From Acutalibacteraceae bacterium (GTDB lineage: Bacteria; Bacillota; Clostridia; Oscillospirales; Acutalibacteraceae), in contig JAZQTZ010000052.1 of assembly GCA_045631105.1 (NCBI GenBank), positions 532 through 64,531 on the forward strand: DNA of 64,000 bases, written 5' to 3'. The notes beneath the pieces were generated by a model. The model was not told the DNA's origin. It was given only the letters and a program-made list of their open reading frames with translations, and ran no database searches. Made by a program: the position numbers and the translations under genes. Shown in pieces: positions 8,730 to 18,788 of the stretch; position 1 is the first letter of the stretch; each line of letters opens with the position of its first letter.

Positions 8730-10334
8730 TTATTCCGTTTGATTGTCAACATTTACGCTTTCCAGAAAACCGTTGAGGCATTCTTCAATATCAGCATTTT
8801 CTGCTTTTTTCATAAGATAGTAACGTTTTGAATATTTGTCTGCTGAAGCGGAAATATAACCGTCATAATCAACGGTCATCACAACAGGTTTTGAAAGAGT
8901 CCAGAAATCCCCCTCGCCCTCAAATGCATAATAAACGGCTGTCAGGTCCCAGCTTTCTCTCATATAAGGAGGCTCTTTTCCGCCGATATAATGCTTATAG
9001 CTGTCATAAACGGGATTGTTTTCTTGCTCGCTTCTAAATCCTGTTTTGATTTTTGAACCGATTTCAAATCCTGAGCAAACAATAACATGCTTGAATTTTT
9101 CAAAAACTGTTTTTGCGGCAGCAGGGTCACACTCAATATTGAATTCTTTACCCTTGGGGAATTTGCCCGCCATCGCAACAATTGAATTAACCTTTTTATT
9201 GAACAAATCGGGTTGTTCATTGAGAATTTCTGCTATGTTTGTGAGAGGTCCGACGGAAATAACAGTTACCGAATCATCCTCTGCTTTTTTCAGCACGGAT
9301 TCATAGAAATCAAGTGCGGATTCAACATGAATAGCGCTGTTTTCATATTTGCAATATTTCTTTGTCACGGGTTTATTGTATTTATCGTTATCTTTGAGAA
9401 TCTCGTGCCCCTTATGTTGACCGATTTTTATGTCTTCATATCCGTAATACTCAGCAATTGCACGGACAGCACCGTTGCCGTAAGGATTCGAGGTGCAGTT
9501 TGCAACGCCGAGGATTTTAACCTCATATTTCTTTGCCAGTTCAAACAAAACAGCCAGCGCACCCGCATCATCGCAGTCGGGTCCGATATCGGTATCAAAA
9601 ATAACATATCGGCGGCTGTCTTTAATGGGTTCATAGGGTGATTTACCGTAGTTATCCTCTGATTTTGACATTTTAATTGCATATCTTATAACCCACACAA
9701 TCAAAGCAACGGGAATAAGAATTGCGGCAACAAGAACAATTTTCTGCATGGGGAAATAATCGTAGATTCCGTCGCCGAGAATCGTGAAAAGAATAACTCT
9801 CGGAAGAATTCCTCCGAGCGAAACAAGGAAATACTGAAGAAATTTCATTCTGACCGCACCGAGAAGAAGGCTGACTATATCAATCGGGAAAACAGGCAGA
9901 ACTCTGATAATAAAAATTGCGGAGAGCTTGTTTTTCTCCTGAAGTGCAAGGATTTTTTCGCCGTATTTGTTCTTTTCGAGCTTGTTTTTTACATATGGTC
10001 CGCCCATAATAATGCCGAAAAGATACGAAACGCTTACTTCAATCATTATTCCGACAGCGTTGATAAGTATTGCCCAATGTGACGGAAAACACATTCCGAC
10101 CGCTATATAAATAAGCGAAGCTGGTAACACAAAAGTTACCGATTTGAGAAGATAAACTCCCCAGATAAGACCGACTGCCATAAAAACATTTGAAGCCGAA
10201 TCAACAAGACCTCTTATATCTATGTTCTGCAATTCATCATATTTCCATATTATCAGGGCAATAATAAAAACCGATACCGTTATTCTTGCCGCAAGACCCA
10301 ATGCATGAGATGAGCGAAGAAATTTTTCCTTCAT
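8730..10334 (-). CDS. Fusion of a DedA/VTT (TVP38) membrane domain and an inosine-uridine nucleoside hydrolase-like domain
   Basis: N-terminal ~220 aa: IIRVLPVFPIDIVSLLLGA..F..YF..SLGGILP (VTT). C-terminal: DTDIGPDCDDAGAL, SVGPLTNIA, EFNIECDP and SWD (IU-NH). Confidence 0.85.
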   Translation of the reverse strand: MKEKFLRSSHALGLAARITVSVFIIALIIWKYDELQNIDIRGLVDSASNVFMAVGLIWGVYLLKSVTFVLPASLIYIAVGMCFPSHWAILINAVGIMIEVSVSYLFGIIMGGPYVKNKLEKNKYGEKILALQEKNKLSAIFIIRVLPVFPIDIVSLLLGAVRMKFLQYFLVSLGGILPRVILFTILGDGIYDYFPMQKIVLVAAILIPVALIVWVIRYAIKMSKSEDNYGKSPYEPIKDSRRYVIFDTDIGPDCDDAGALAVLFELAKKYEVKILGVANCTSNPYGNGAVRAIAEYYGYEDIKIGQHKGHEILKDNDKYNKPVTKKYCKYENSAIHVESALDFYESVLKKAEDDSVTVISVGPLTNIAEILNEQPDLFNKKVNSIVAMAGKFPKGKEFNIECDPAAAKTVFEKFKHVIVCSGFEIGSKIKTGFRSEQENNPVYDSYKHYIGGKEPPYMRESWDLTAVYYAFEGEGDFWTLSKPVVMTVDYDGYISASADKYSKRYYLMKKAENADIEECLNGFLESVNVDNQTE

Positions 10335-10508
10335 TTTTACATCCTCCTAAATGCTGCTAATATAATTATAAGATTCTTTTTTCATTTGTAAAGCGAAAAA
10401 GAATATTTTTTTGTAGACAAACAGACTTTATTATGTTATATTTATATTTATCTATGATTTTGATTTTATAATACTGCAAGTATAACCTTCAAAAAGGAGG
10501 GTGTTTCA

Positions 10509-11927
10509 ATGACAGTAAAAGAGAAAATAGAAAGAGCCTCTGCTTCGGTTGCTTTTGACGGGATTTACAAATATGTCAAGAAAAATCCCGAAGAAAACAT
10601 AATCAAGCTTATCGACCTTGCTCAGAAACTCATGGGCGGTGCTTTCCCCGAAAAGAATTTTGATTCCTTCCGTAAAGCTATCAACGACCCTGAAAACGTC
10701 TGGCACACCTTCGCAATGAACATTCTCAACGAATGTGACGGCGGAGTTATCAAGAATATGCTCCTTGCTCTCGGTCTGGGCGCAGGTGTCAACGGCACAA
10801 AAGCGGTCAGAACAAACCGCGAAAAATATAAGTGCAACATTCCTTTTATAATGCTTTTTGACCCGACAAGCGCCTGCAATCTTCGTTGCAAAGGCTGTTG
10901 GTCGGCTGAATACGGTCATAAGTCAAGCCTCACTCTTGATGAAATGAGAAGCATTCTCAGTCAGGGAACCGAGCTCGGAACTCATCTTTATATGCTCACG
11001 GGCGGTGAACCTCTTATCAAGAAAAAAGAGGTTCTCACCCTCTGCCGTGAAAATCCCGACTGCGCATTTCTTGCTTATACAAACGCAACTCTCATCGACC
11101 GTGAACTCTGCGAAGAAATGAAAGAGGTCGGTAACCTTGCTCTCGCTTTAAGCATCGAAGGCACAGAAGAAAGCAACGATGCAAGACGCGGTGACGGCGC
11201 ATACAAAACAACTATTGAAGCAATGGATTTGCTTAAGGAATACGGACTCCTTTACGGCATTTCCGTTTGCTACACAAGTCAGAATATTCCTTATGTTACA
11301 AGCGACGAATTCCTTGACCTCATGGTTAAGAAGGGCGCAAGATTCGGCCTTTATTTCAACTATATGCCCGTCGGTAAGGATGCGATTGTTGATCTCATCC
11401 CCACTCCCGAACAGCGAGTATATATGTACGACTGGCTTCGCAAAGTAAGAAACGGCAAAACAGGTAAGCCCATGTTTATCATGGACTTCCAGAATGACGG
11501 CGAATATGTCGGCGGATGCATCGCAGGCGGAAGAAATTATATCCATATCAATTCCGAAGGCGATATGGAACCTTGCGTTTTCATTCATTATTCAGACTCA
11601 AACATCAGAACACATACTATCCTTGAAGGACTTAAAAATCCTCTTTTCCAGGCATTCTGGCATAACCAGCCGTTCAACGACAACCATTTAAGACCTTGTC
11701 CGATGCTTGAAAATCCGCAATGTCTTCGCAAAATGATTGCAGAAACAGGCGCAAAATCAACCGACCTTATCGAACCAGAAAGCGCAGAAACGCTTTGCTC
11801 GAAATGCGATAAGTTTGCAAACGCATGGGCACCCGTTGCCGAAGAACTCTGGAATTCAAGAAAGCATCCCAATCCCAAAACTCAATATTACCGTGACACT
11901 CCCGAAGGCAAGAAAGGAAATGATTAA
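10509..11927 (+). CDS. Radical SAM protein with SPASM/twitch-type C-terminal Cys motifs
   Basis: CNLRCKGC, LTGGEP, GGCIAGGR..HIN..G..EPCVF and RPCPMLEN motifs. Confidence 0.9.
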   Translation: MTVKEKIERASASVAFDGIYKYVKKNPEENIIKLIDLAQKLMGGAFPEKNFDSFRKAINDPENVWHTFAMNILNECDGGVIKNMLLALGLGAGVNGTKAVRTNREKYKCNIPFIMLFDPTSACNLRCKGCWSAEYGHKSSLTLDEMRSILSQGTELGTHLYMLTGGEPLIKKKEVLTLCRENPDCAFLAYTNATLIDRELCEEMKEVGNLALALSIEGTEESNDARRGDGAYKTTIEAMDLLKEYGLLYGISVCYTSQNIPYVTSDEFLDLMVKKGARFGLYFNYMPVGKDAIVDLIPTPEQRVYMYDWLRKVRNGKTGKPMFIMDFQNDGEYVGGCIAGGRNYIHINSEGDMEPCVFIHYSDSNIRTHTILEGLKNPLFQAFWHNQPFNDNHLRPCPMLENPQCLRKMIAETGAKSTDLIEPESAETLCSKCDKFANAWAPVAEELWNSRKHPNPKTQYYRDTPEGKKGND

Positions 11928-12875
11928 ATGTCGGTAATCAATAAAATAATCGGTTTTGTTCTTCTGATACCCGCACTTCTCGGTCTTTTCTCAAGTGATG
12001 CAAAAGACACCGAAGAAGCTTACCGTGAAAAGGTTTCGGGCATCGCATACGAAAACACAATCGAAACCGCAATACCTCAGACAGACTTATATGATATAAT
12101 CAAAAACCATTTTTCTTCTCCCCTTCCCGAGGGCAAAACAGAAAAGAAAGCAATCGTTATCGGTTATGACGGTTGCCGTGCAGATGCTCTCAGCCTCATG
12201 CCGAAAGCGTTCAGCGGAATTCAGAAAATGGTTGACGAGGGATATCCTCTCAACATTTCTTATTGCGGCGGAGTTAACTATCCTGCAAAAAACACTCAGG
12301 CAACCTCAACCGCTCCCGGCTGGTGTTCAATCCTCACAGGTAAATGGGCGGATGAGCACGGCATCACAGGAAACAGCATAACAAAATCCGTTGAACCAAA
12401 AACTCTGCTTGTTTCACTTGTTGAAGACAAGACAATCGATTCCGCAGCATTTATCACCCGTTGGGACGGACATTTCGTTGCCGACGATTCAACATACAAA
12501 GCAGAAAAAGAATACTGCGAAGAAAAAGGTCTTGATGTTGAATATATCTGCACCGCAGGCGACCTGACAAGCGCAAACGAAACAATCGGCAACATAAAAC
12601 AGGCAGATTGCTCCGACTTTATATTTGCAATTTATGAAGGTCCCGATGCAGCAGGTCACGGCTTCGGTTTTTCAACCAACAGTCCCGTTCAGGAAGCAGG
12701 CTTCGTTATCAATGACATTCTTGCTTACAGCACAATCAACGCAATTGAAAGCAGAGATACCTACGAAAGCGAAGACTGGCTCATCATTCTTACCGCTGAC
12801 CACGGCGGCTACGGCACAGGTCACGGCGGCGATACAATTCAGGAAAGAATGACATTTGTTATCTGCAACAAATAA
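11928..12875 (+). CDS. Alkaline phosphatase superfamily (nucleotide pyrophosphatase/phosphodiesterase-like), N-terminal signal/anchor
   Basis: IGYDGCR, TSTAPGW (nucleophile region), D.AGH and LTADHGG metal motifs. Confidence 0.85.
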   Translation: MSVINKIIGFVLLIPALLGLFSSDAKDTEEAYREKVSGIAYENTIETAIPQTDLYDIIKNHFSSPLPEGKTEKKAIVIGYDGCRADALSLMPKAFSGIQKMVDEGYPLNISYCGGVNYPAKNTQATSTAPGWCSILTGKWADEHGITGNSITKSVEPKTLLVSLVEDKTIDSAAFITRWDGHFVADDSTYKAEKEYCEEKGLDVEYICTAGDLTSANETIGNIKQADCSDFIFAIYEGPDAAGHGFGFSTNSPVQEAGFVINDILAYSTINAIESRDTYESEDWLIILTADHGGYGTGHGGDTIQERMTFVICNK

Positions 12876-12880
12876 AATTA

Positions 12881-12915
12881 AGAACGCTGAGTTTTAAACC
12901 TCAGCGTTCTTTTTT
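12881..12915. terminator. Bidirectional terminator
   Basis: AGAACGCTGAG-N8-CTCAGCGTTCT followed by a T-run. Confidence 0.85.
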
Positions 12916-12916
12916 A

Positions 12917-15325
12917 TTACTTATTCTTTTTTTCAGCCTTCAGTTTTTCGGCATATGCCTTTTCTTCAGCTTCCTTGCGTTCTTTTTCTGCCAGTGCGTC
13001 TGCCATTGCCTGTTCATGACGAAGCTTTGCATCTTCATACATAGCGGCAATTTCATCAAACTTTGCATAATTTTCGCTCTGTGTTATAAGCTTCTTTGCG
13101 TTGATATAGGGCTTTGCAGCTCGGTTATAAACAGAGTTTTCGTTTGTTGCCTTCTTGATTTCGTTTTCAACATTCTTCTGCTCTGCTCTGATTGATTTTA
13201 CATCCTTCATATACTTTTCAACAGAAGACTTATCTTTTTTATCTCTTGCTTCATAGAGCTTTTTATAGGTTGCTTCAAGGTCTTCGGCGAGCTTATCTTC
13301 CTTATCAAAGAGGGTTTCAAATACGCCTAAATCGAATTCCTTTATGCCGTTGGGGAAATATTTCGCCGCAGCTTTCTTTGCATGGACAAAAGCCTTAACT
13401 CTTGAAAGTGCATTCTTTTTGTATGCTTTTTCTTCGGGGGTTGCCGAAGGAAGAGCTTTAACTTCCCTAATTTCAGAAGCATCAAAATTATAAATTGCTT
13501 CGTAGCCTGCGCTTACAGTTTTTCTTGCTTCGTTAAGCTCCATTATACCGTATGAGGTGTTGAAACGGTTCATTTCATCGATAACAAACTTTGAAATTTC
13601 AACATTCTGATTGAATGCAACCGCTTCCTTATATGCCTTTTTAGCGGCTTTCTTTTCTTCTTTGCCCGAAGCATTTCTTTTTGCCGCCTTGAACTCCTTG
13701 AGATTCTTCGGCTGCGCATTTTCAAGTTCGTTTGCTTCTTTGATTATTTCAATTGCTTCAACAAGGTCTTTATCCTTAAGAACACCGTTACCGTAGTCTT
13801 CAAACAATGCACGGATTTTGAGAACCTTGATCATACCCTGCTGCTTAACTTCTGAAAGGTCATAGAAGAAATAGGGAACAACATTCATGAACGCACCGAG
13901 AACGGAAACTACAATCAGAGTTCCGAGAATGCTTATAAATGTTTCTCTGTGATAAAGAACATTATAAACATTTGTCGGGTCAAGAAGCTCGCCCTCCTGA
14001 GCGATAATCTCGGGAAGAAGCTCATTGAGCTTTGTTTCGTTAAAACCGACTTTTTCATAAATTGCGGGAAGAACCGAGCTTGTTGCCATTGTGATGACGC
14101 TGCCGATAAGACCGACTGCAGCAAACATACCGTCGATTCTTTCACCTGTGATATACTGCTGATAGTCACGGATATCACCGTTAAGTGCAGGATTAAGAAT
14201 ATGGGCAAATGAACCAACAAGTGCATTGAACCAAAGGCAAATCATAACAAGCCAAATCATTATATCCATGCCAGCGTATTTAACAACGGGATAAACCGCG
14301 GCGATGAAAATGATGTTGAGTGCATTGGTAAGAATAAGGGTGTTTCTTTTGCCTATCTTCTTGATTGAAAGAGGTGCAAGAAGCATACCCCAAAGGGATG
14401 CGTTACCGTAAATGGTAACAATAAGCGAATATTCGCCGCCTGTACAAGCGTGCTGATAAGAATAGAGCCAGTTGAGAATATTGAGGAATGCGCTTTCAAG
14501 GAATCCGAGCCAACCGGCAAGAGAAATTACCCAGAAATACTTGTTCTTTGCAACTGCACGGACAGCATCAAGGAATTTAATCTGAACAACGTGAGTTTTC
14601 GCCTGAACGATTTTTTCTTCGGTATTAACATAAACAATAACGCTCAGAAGGAAACCGAAGATAAGCACGGGAGGCCAGATATATCTGTAAAGACGAATAT
14701 CATTGAGGTTATTTGTTCCGATAATTGAAGTTGCAAGAAGAGGAATTACCGCATTCGTTATAGTCGGAGCAAATGAATCTGTTACGGATTTGATTGATGA
14801 TACGTTTGCTCTCTCCTGAGTATTGGGAGAAAGAACAACAATATAGTTATCATATGCATCATAAAGGAAATTATAGAAGAACTGGAAACCGATGTTAAAA
14901 AGAAGAACAACGGCACATTTGAGAGCCTGACTGCCCATTTTTTCATAGGGCATCCAGAAATATCCGATTGAAAGAAGAACGGTCGGCAGACCCATGGTTA
15001 AAATATAAGGTCTGTACTTACCCTTTCTGTTTCGGGCATTATCAATTATGTAAGCTCTGAGCATCGTCAGCGGAAAGCTGATGATAACCGCAATAATATA
15101 GATATAGTACATATTCATCGGTTCGATACCGATGGTATTACCGACGAATACGTTTGTTGCAGAAAGCAATACCGCAGCAACGCAAGTGATAATAAACTTA
15201 ACACCTATACCGCCGCCTGCAAGCGATACGATTTCTTTGAAATTCATGTAGTTACCCAGAGGGGGTGTTTTCCAATAGGTTTTAACCTTGGAAAAGCCGT
15301 CTTTTACCATTCCGATGGGACTCAT
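12917..15325 (-). CDS. GPH/MelB-like MFS transporter with a ~310-aa charged helical C-terminal extension
   Basis: IIDNARNRKGKYRPY and DIRDYQQYITGERIDG motifs with about 12 TM segments, then a Lys/Glu/Ala-rich tail. Start MSPIG follows RBS AGGAGG. Confidence 0.8.
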   Translation of the reverse strand: MSPIGMVKDGFSKVKTYWKTPPLGNYMNFKEIVSLAGGGIGVKFIITCVAAVLLSATNVFVGNTIGIEPMNMYYIYIIAVIISFPLTMLRAYIIDNARNRKGKYRPYILTMGLPTVLLSIGYFWMPYEKMGSQALKCAVVLLFNIGFQFFYNFLYDAYDNYIVVLSPNTQERANVSSIKSVTDSFAPTITNAVIPLLATSIIGTNNLNDIRLYRYIWPPVLIFGFLLSVIVYVNTEEKIVQAKTHVVQIKFLDAVRAVAKNKYFWVISLAGWLGFLESAFLNILNWLYSYQHACTGGEYSLIVTIYGNASLWGMLLAPLSIKKIGKRNTLILTNALNIIFIAAVYPVVKYAGMDIMIWLVMICLWFNALVGSFAHILNPALNGDIRDYQQYITGERIDGMFAAVGLIGSVITMATSSVLPAIYEKVGFNETKLNELLPEIIAQEGELLDPTNVYNVLYHRETFISILGTLIVVSVLGAFMNVVPYFFYDLSEVKQQGMIKVLKIRALFEDYGNGVLKDKDLVEAIEIIKEANELENAQPKNLKEFKAAKRNASGKEEKKAAKKAYKEAVAFNQNVEISKFVIDEMNRFNTSYGIMELNEARKTVSAGYEAIYNFDASEIREVKALPSATPEEKAYKKNALSRVKAFVHAKKAAAKYFPNGIKEFDLGVFETLFDKEDKLAEDLEATYKKLYEARDKKDKSSVEKYMKDVKSIRAEQKNVENEIKKATNENSVYNRAAKPYINAKKLITQSENYAKFDEIAAMYEDAKLRHEQAMADALAEKERKEAEEKAYAEKLKAEKKNK

Positions 15326-15495
15326 AATCTTCCTCCTGTCAATTCGCATTATATGTAGTTTATTATATCAAACCAAAAGAAAAAAATCAACATAATAAGA
15401 TGCAATTTGTTCGGAATTCAAATTTCTTTTTATCTTGACTCGGGTTGTTCGTTTTGGTATTATTAATATGTATATTTTATATGGGAGTGATTTAT

Positions 15496-17079
15496 ATGGA
15501 AAACATAAAGCTTGCAATTGAAAATGCTCAGACCGCTCTCGGCATCGAGTTCGGTTCAACAAGAATAAAGGCTGTGCTTATCGGCAAAAACCATGAGCCT
15601 CTCGCTTCGGGAAGCTTTGACTGGGAAAACAGCTATGACAACGGCGTGTGGACTTATCCTCTCGAACAGGTTTGGGAAGGTCTTCGCGGCGCATTCGCAA
15701 AACTTAAGGCAAACGTTTTTGAAAAATACGGCGTCAAACTCACATCTGTCGGCGCTCTCGGTATCAGCGGCATGATGCACGGCTATCTCGCATTTGATAA
15801 AGACGGCAACCTCCTTGCTCCTTTCAGAACATGGAGAAACACCATAACAGCAAAAGCAGCCGAAGATCTCAGCGCACTCTTCGATTTCAACATCCCTCAG
15901 CGCTGGAGCATCGCTCATCTCTATCAGGCAATTCTCAACGGCGAAGAGCATGTCAAGGATGTTGACTATATTGCAACTCTTGCCGCTTATGTTCATTGGA
16001 AACTGACAGGTAACAAAGTAATCGGCGTTGGCGAAGCATCGGGTATGTTCCCCATAGACAGCGAAACAAACGATTACGATAAGAAAATGCTTTCTCTTTT
16101 CTCCGAGAAAGTTTCACAGTTCCCCTGGAACATCGAAGAAATTCTTCCGAAAGTTCTTGTTGCCGGCGAAAACGCAGGCACTCTTACCGAAGAAGGCGCT
16201 CTTCTTCTTGACCCCACAGGCGAATTCAAAGCAGGCATTCCTCTCTGCCCTCCCGAAGGCGATGCAGGCACAGGCATGGTTGCCACAAACTCCGTTGGCG
16301 TAAGAACAGGTAACGTTTCTGCAGGTACATCCATTTTCCTTATGGTTGTTCTTGAAAAGGCACTTTCAAAGCTCTATCCCGAAATTGACATGGTAACAAC
16401 ACCTGCAGGCAAACCCGTTGCGATGGTTCATTGTAACAACTGCTCGGGCGAAATCGATGCATGGGCAGGAATGTTCACATCAATGTGCAAAGCCCTCGGA
16501 ATGGACATCAGCATCTACAAGGTTCTTGACAAGATGTTTGAAAAAGCCCTTGAAGGCGATAAGGACTGCGGCGGTCTTGTTGCTTATAACTACATTTCAG
16601 GCGAAGTTATCACAGGTCTTGACAGCGGCAAACCCATGTTCTTCAGAGGACCCGAAAGCAAATTTACTCTTGAAAACTTTGCAAGAGTTCAGCTTTCATC
16701 TGCTGCGGCAACTCTCAGTATCGGCATGGAAATCCTTGCAGACGAAGACGTTAAGATTGACAGAATCCTCGGACACGGCGGTTATTTCAAGGCTCCCGTT
16801 GCAGGTCAGAAAATCATGGGCGCAGCACTCAACGCTCCCGTTTCGGTTATGAAAACCGCAGGCGAAGGCGGTCCTTGGGGCGTTGCAATCCTTGCTGAAT
16901 ACATGGTAAGCAAGGCAGAAAATGAAGCTCTTGACGAATATCTTGAAAATAAAGTTTTCGCCGGTCAGGATTCAACCGAAATCAGACCCGATGCAGATGA
17001 CATCGAAGGCTTCAAAGCTTTCCTCGAAAACTATAAAAAAGGTCTTGCAGCTGAGAAAGCGGCTGTTGATGCTTTTTGA
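15496..17079 (+). CDS. FGGY carbohydrate kinase (xylulokinase/ribulokinase-like)
   Basis: [26 protein letters not shown] and GNVSAGTS motifs. Confidence 0.9.
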   Translation: MENIKLAIENAQTALGIEFGSTRIKAVLIGKNHEPLASGSFDWENSYDNGVWTYPLEQVWEGLRGAFAKLKANVFEKYGVKLTSVGALGISGMMHGYLAFDKDGNLLAPFRTWRNTITAKAAEDLSALFDFNIPQRWSIAHLYQAILNGEEHVKDVDYIATLAAYVHWKLTGNKVIGVGEASGMFPIDSETNDYDKKMLSLFSEKVSQFPWNIEEILPKVLVAGENAGTLTEEGALLLDPTGEFKAGIPLCPPEGDAGTGMVATNSVGVRTGNVSAGTSIFLMVVLEKALSKLYPEIDMVTTPAGKPVAMVHCNNCSGEIDAWAGMFTSMCKALGMDISIYKVLDKMFEKALEGDKDCGGLVAYNYISGEVITGLDSGKPMFFRGPESKFTLENFARVQLSSAAATLSIGMEILADEDVKIDRILGHGGYFKAPVAGQKIMGAALNAPVSVMKTAGEGGPWGVAILAEYMVSKAENEALDEYLENKVFAGQDSTEIRPDADDIEGFKAFLENYKKGLAAEKAAVDAF

Positions 17080-17090
17080 ATTAAATAGTA

Positions 17091-17119
17091 TTGACTTTTA
17101 CACTTTAACAAGTTATAAT
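17091..17119 (+). promoter_or_regulatory. SigA promoter of the permease leader
   Basis: TTGACT-N17-TATAAT. Confidence 0.8.
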
Positions 17120-17226
17120 GTTAAAGGTTCGCAATAAGTGGTGGAGTCTGTCATAGAATATTAATATTCTATTTGTTGTGAATTGTTATTTTGTGCGCCA
17201 TACTGTGGCTTTAATCAAAATTTCAG

Positions 17227-17261
17227 GGCAGAATCCGCATTTTACGGATTCTGCCTTTTTT
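17227..17261 (+). terminator. Leader (attenuator) terminator upstream of the permease
   Basis: GGCAGAATCCG-N7-CGGATTCTGCC-TTTTTT, located between the promoter and the start codon. Confidence 0.85.
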
Positions 17262-17294
17262 CGTGCAGACTTAATAAAATACAGGAGAAAAGAT

Positions 17295-18668
17295 ATGAGT
17301 CAGATCACAATCGCAGCCCTGGTTATTTTTGCTGTCACCTATATTTTGATGATGGCATTCCAGAAAATCAGACCCTATGCCGCCGTTGGCGGTGCGTTGG
17401 TATTTATCGCACTCGGTATTGTTCAGGCAGCTAACCCCTCTCTTTTCGGCGAAAATTTCTTTGCCGTTGGCGATTCGGTATATAACTACGGAATCTCTCA
17501 GGCTCTCGGAGAAATCGACTGGAACGTTGTTATGATGATAGCAGGCACAATGGGTACTGTTTATCTCTTCATCGAATCAAAAATGCCTCAACTTATGTCC
17601 GATGTTCTTATTTCGAAAATGCCCAACATGAAATGGGCAATTGTTGCAATGTCACTTTTCGCAGGCATCGTTTCCGCCTTTGTTGATAACGTTGCAACCG
17701 TTCTGATGATTGCACCCGTTGCTCTCGCTTTTTGCAAAAAGCTTAATGTTTCACCTGTTCCCTCAATCATCTGCATTGCAGTTTCTTCAAACCTTCAGGG
17801 TGCTGCAACATTGGTTGGCGACACAACATCAATCCTTCTTGCAAAACAGGCAAACCTTGACTTCTCTGATTTCTTCGTTGACAGCGGAAAACCCGGTATG
17901 TTCTGGGTTGTTGAGGCAGGAGCTCTTGTCAGCGCGATTATTATTCTTTTCATGTTCAGAAAAGAAACAACAGAAATCAGTTTCAACAGCAGAACAAAGG
18001 TCGAGGATAAATTCCCCACTTTTCTTCTTCTCGGAACCGTTGTTGCTCTTATCGCCGTTTCATTCATTCCTTATAAAGACGGCGCTGCTCCCGGTCAGTT
18101 CTACAAACCCGACATAACAAACGGCATCATCTGTATCGCTTTCTTTGCAATCGGCATTCTCCGTGAGCTTCTCATAAAGAAAAACACAGAGATTGTTAAA
18201 CAGGCATTCAAGGAAATTGACTACTACACAATCGTTCTTCTCGTTGGTCTTTTTGTTGTTATCGGCGGTGTTAAAAGCGCAGGCGTTATCGATGTTATCG
18301 GTTCTGCAATTGCAAAACTCGGTTCAGGCTCGCCTTTCATCGTGTTCACAATTATTGTTTGGATGTCCGTTATTCTTTCAGCGTTTATCGACAACATCCC
18401 CTACACCGCAACAATGCTTTCCATCGTTCCTGTTATCGCAATGGATATCGGTGTTGAACCCAAGCTCCTTTATTACGGTCTGCTTTGCGGCGCAACCCTT
18501 GGCGGAAACCTTACACCCATCGGTGCAAGCGCAAACATTGCAGGTATCGGTATTCTCCGCAAGGAAGGTCATCTTGTCAAAGCATCAACCTTTATGAAAT
18601 ACGGCATTCCCTTCACCCTTGCGGCGGTTATTACGGGATATATTCTTCTCTGGACAATCTGGGGATAA
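17295..18668 (+). CDS. ArsB/NhaD/SLC13-type (IT superfamily) ion/anion permease
   Basis: SAFVDNV, SNLQGAATLVGD, SAFIDNIP and LGGNLTPIGASAN motifs. Start MSQI follows RBS AGGAG. Confidence 0.85.
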   Translation: MSQITIAALVIFAVTYILMMAFQKIRPYAAVGGALVFIALGIVQAANPSLFGENFFAVGDSVYNYGISQALGEIDWNVVMMIAGTMGTVYLFIESKMPQLMSDVLISKMPNMKWAIVAMSLFAGIVSAFVDNVATVLMIAPVALAFCKKLNVSPVPSIICIAVSSNLQGAATLVGDTTSILLAKQANLDFSDFFVDSGKPGMFWVVEAGALVSAIIILFMFRKETTEISFNSRTKVEDKFPTFLLLGTVVALIAVSFIPYKDGAAPGQFYKPDITNGIICIAFFAIGILRELLIKKNTEIVKQAFKEIDYYTIVLLVGLFVVIGGVKSAGVIDVIGSAIAKLGSGSPFIVFTIIVWMSVILSAFIDNIPYTATMLSIVPVIAMDIGVEPKLLYYGLLCGATLGGNLTPIGASANIAGIGILRKEGHLVKASTFMKYGIPFTLAAVITGYILLWTIWG

Positions 18669-18788
18669 AACATTCAAGAGCAGGCAATTGCCTGCTCTTT
18701 TTTCTTGACAATATCGCTATTCAATAAAGGCAATAAATAAAAACAAAAATCCCGCATCCGAAGATGCGGGATAATTTTTATACAATTA

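Noticed and set aside
10335-10508. Possible RiPP precursor upstream of the radical SAM gene
   Set aside because: It is an AT-rich divergent promoter region with no RBS-led small ORF.
17118-17156. Mini-ORF MLKVRNKWWSLS with tandem Trp codons, resembling a Trp leader peptide
   Set aside because: Its ATG overlaps the -10 box, so it lies upstream of the predicted TSS. It has no RBS and the downstream gene is not Trp-related.
17137-17200. Fluoride riboswitch resemblance (GGTGGAGTC)
   Set aside because: P1 pairing is poor, and the downstream UAAUGACUCC pseudoknot strand is absent at the expected position.
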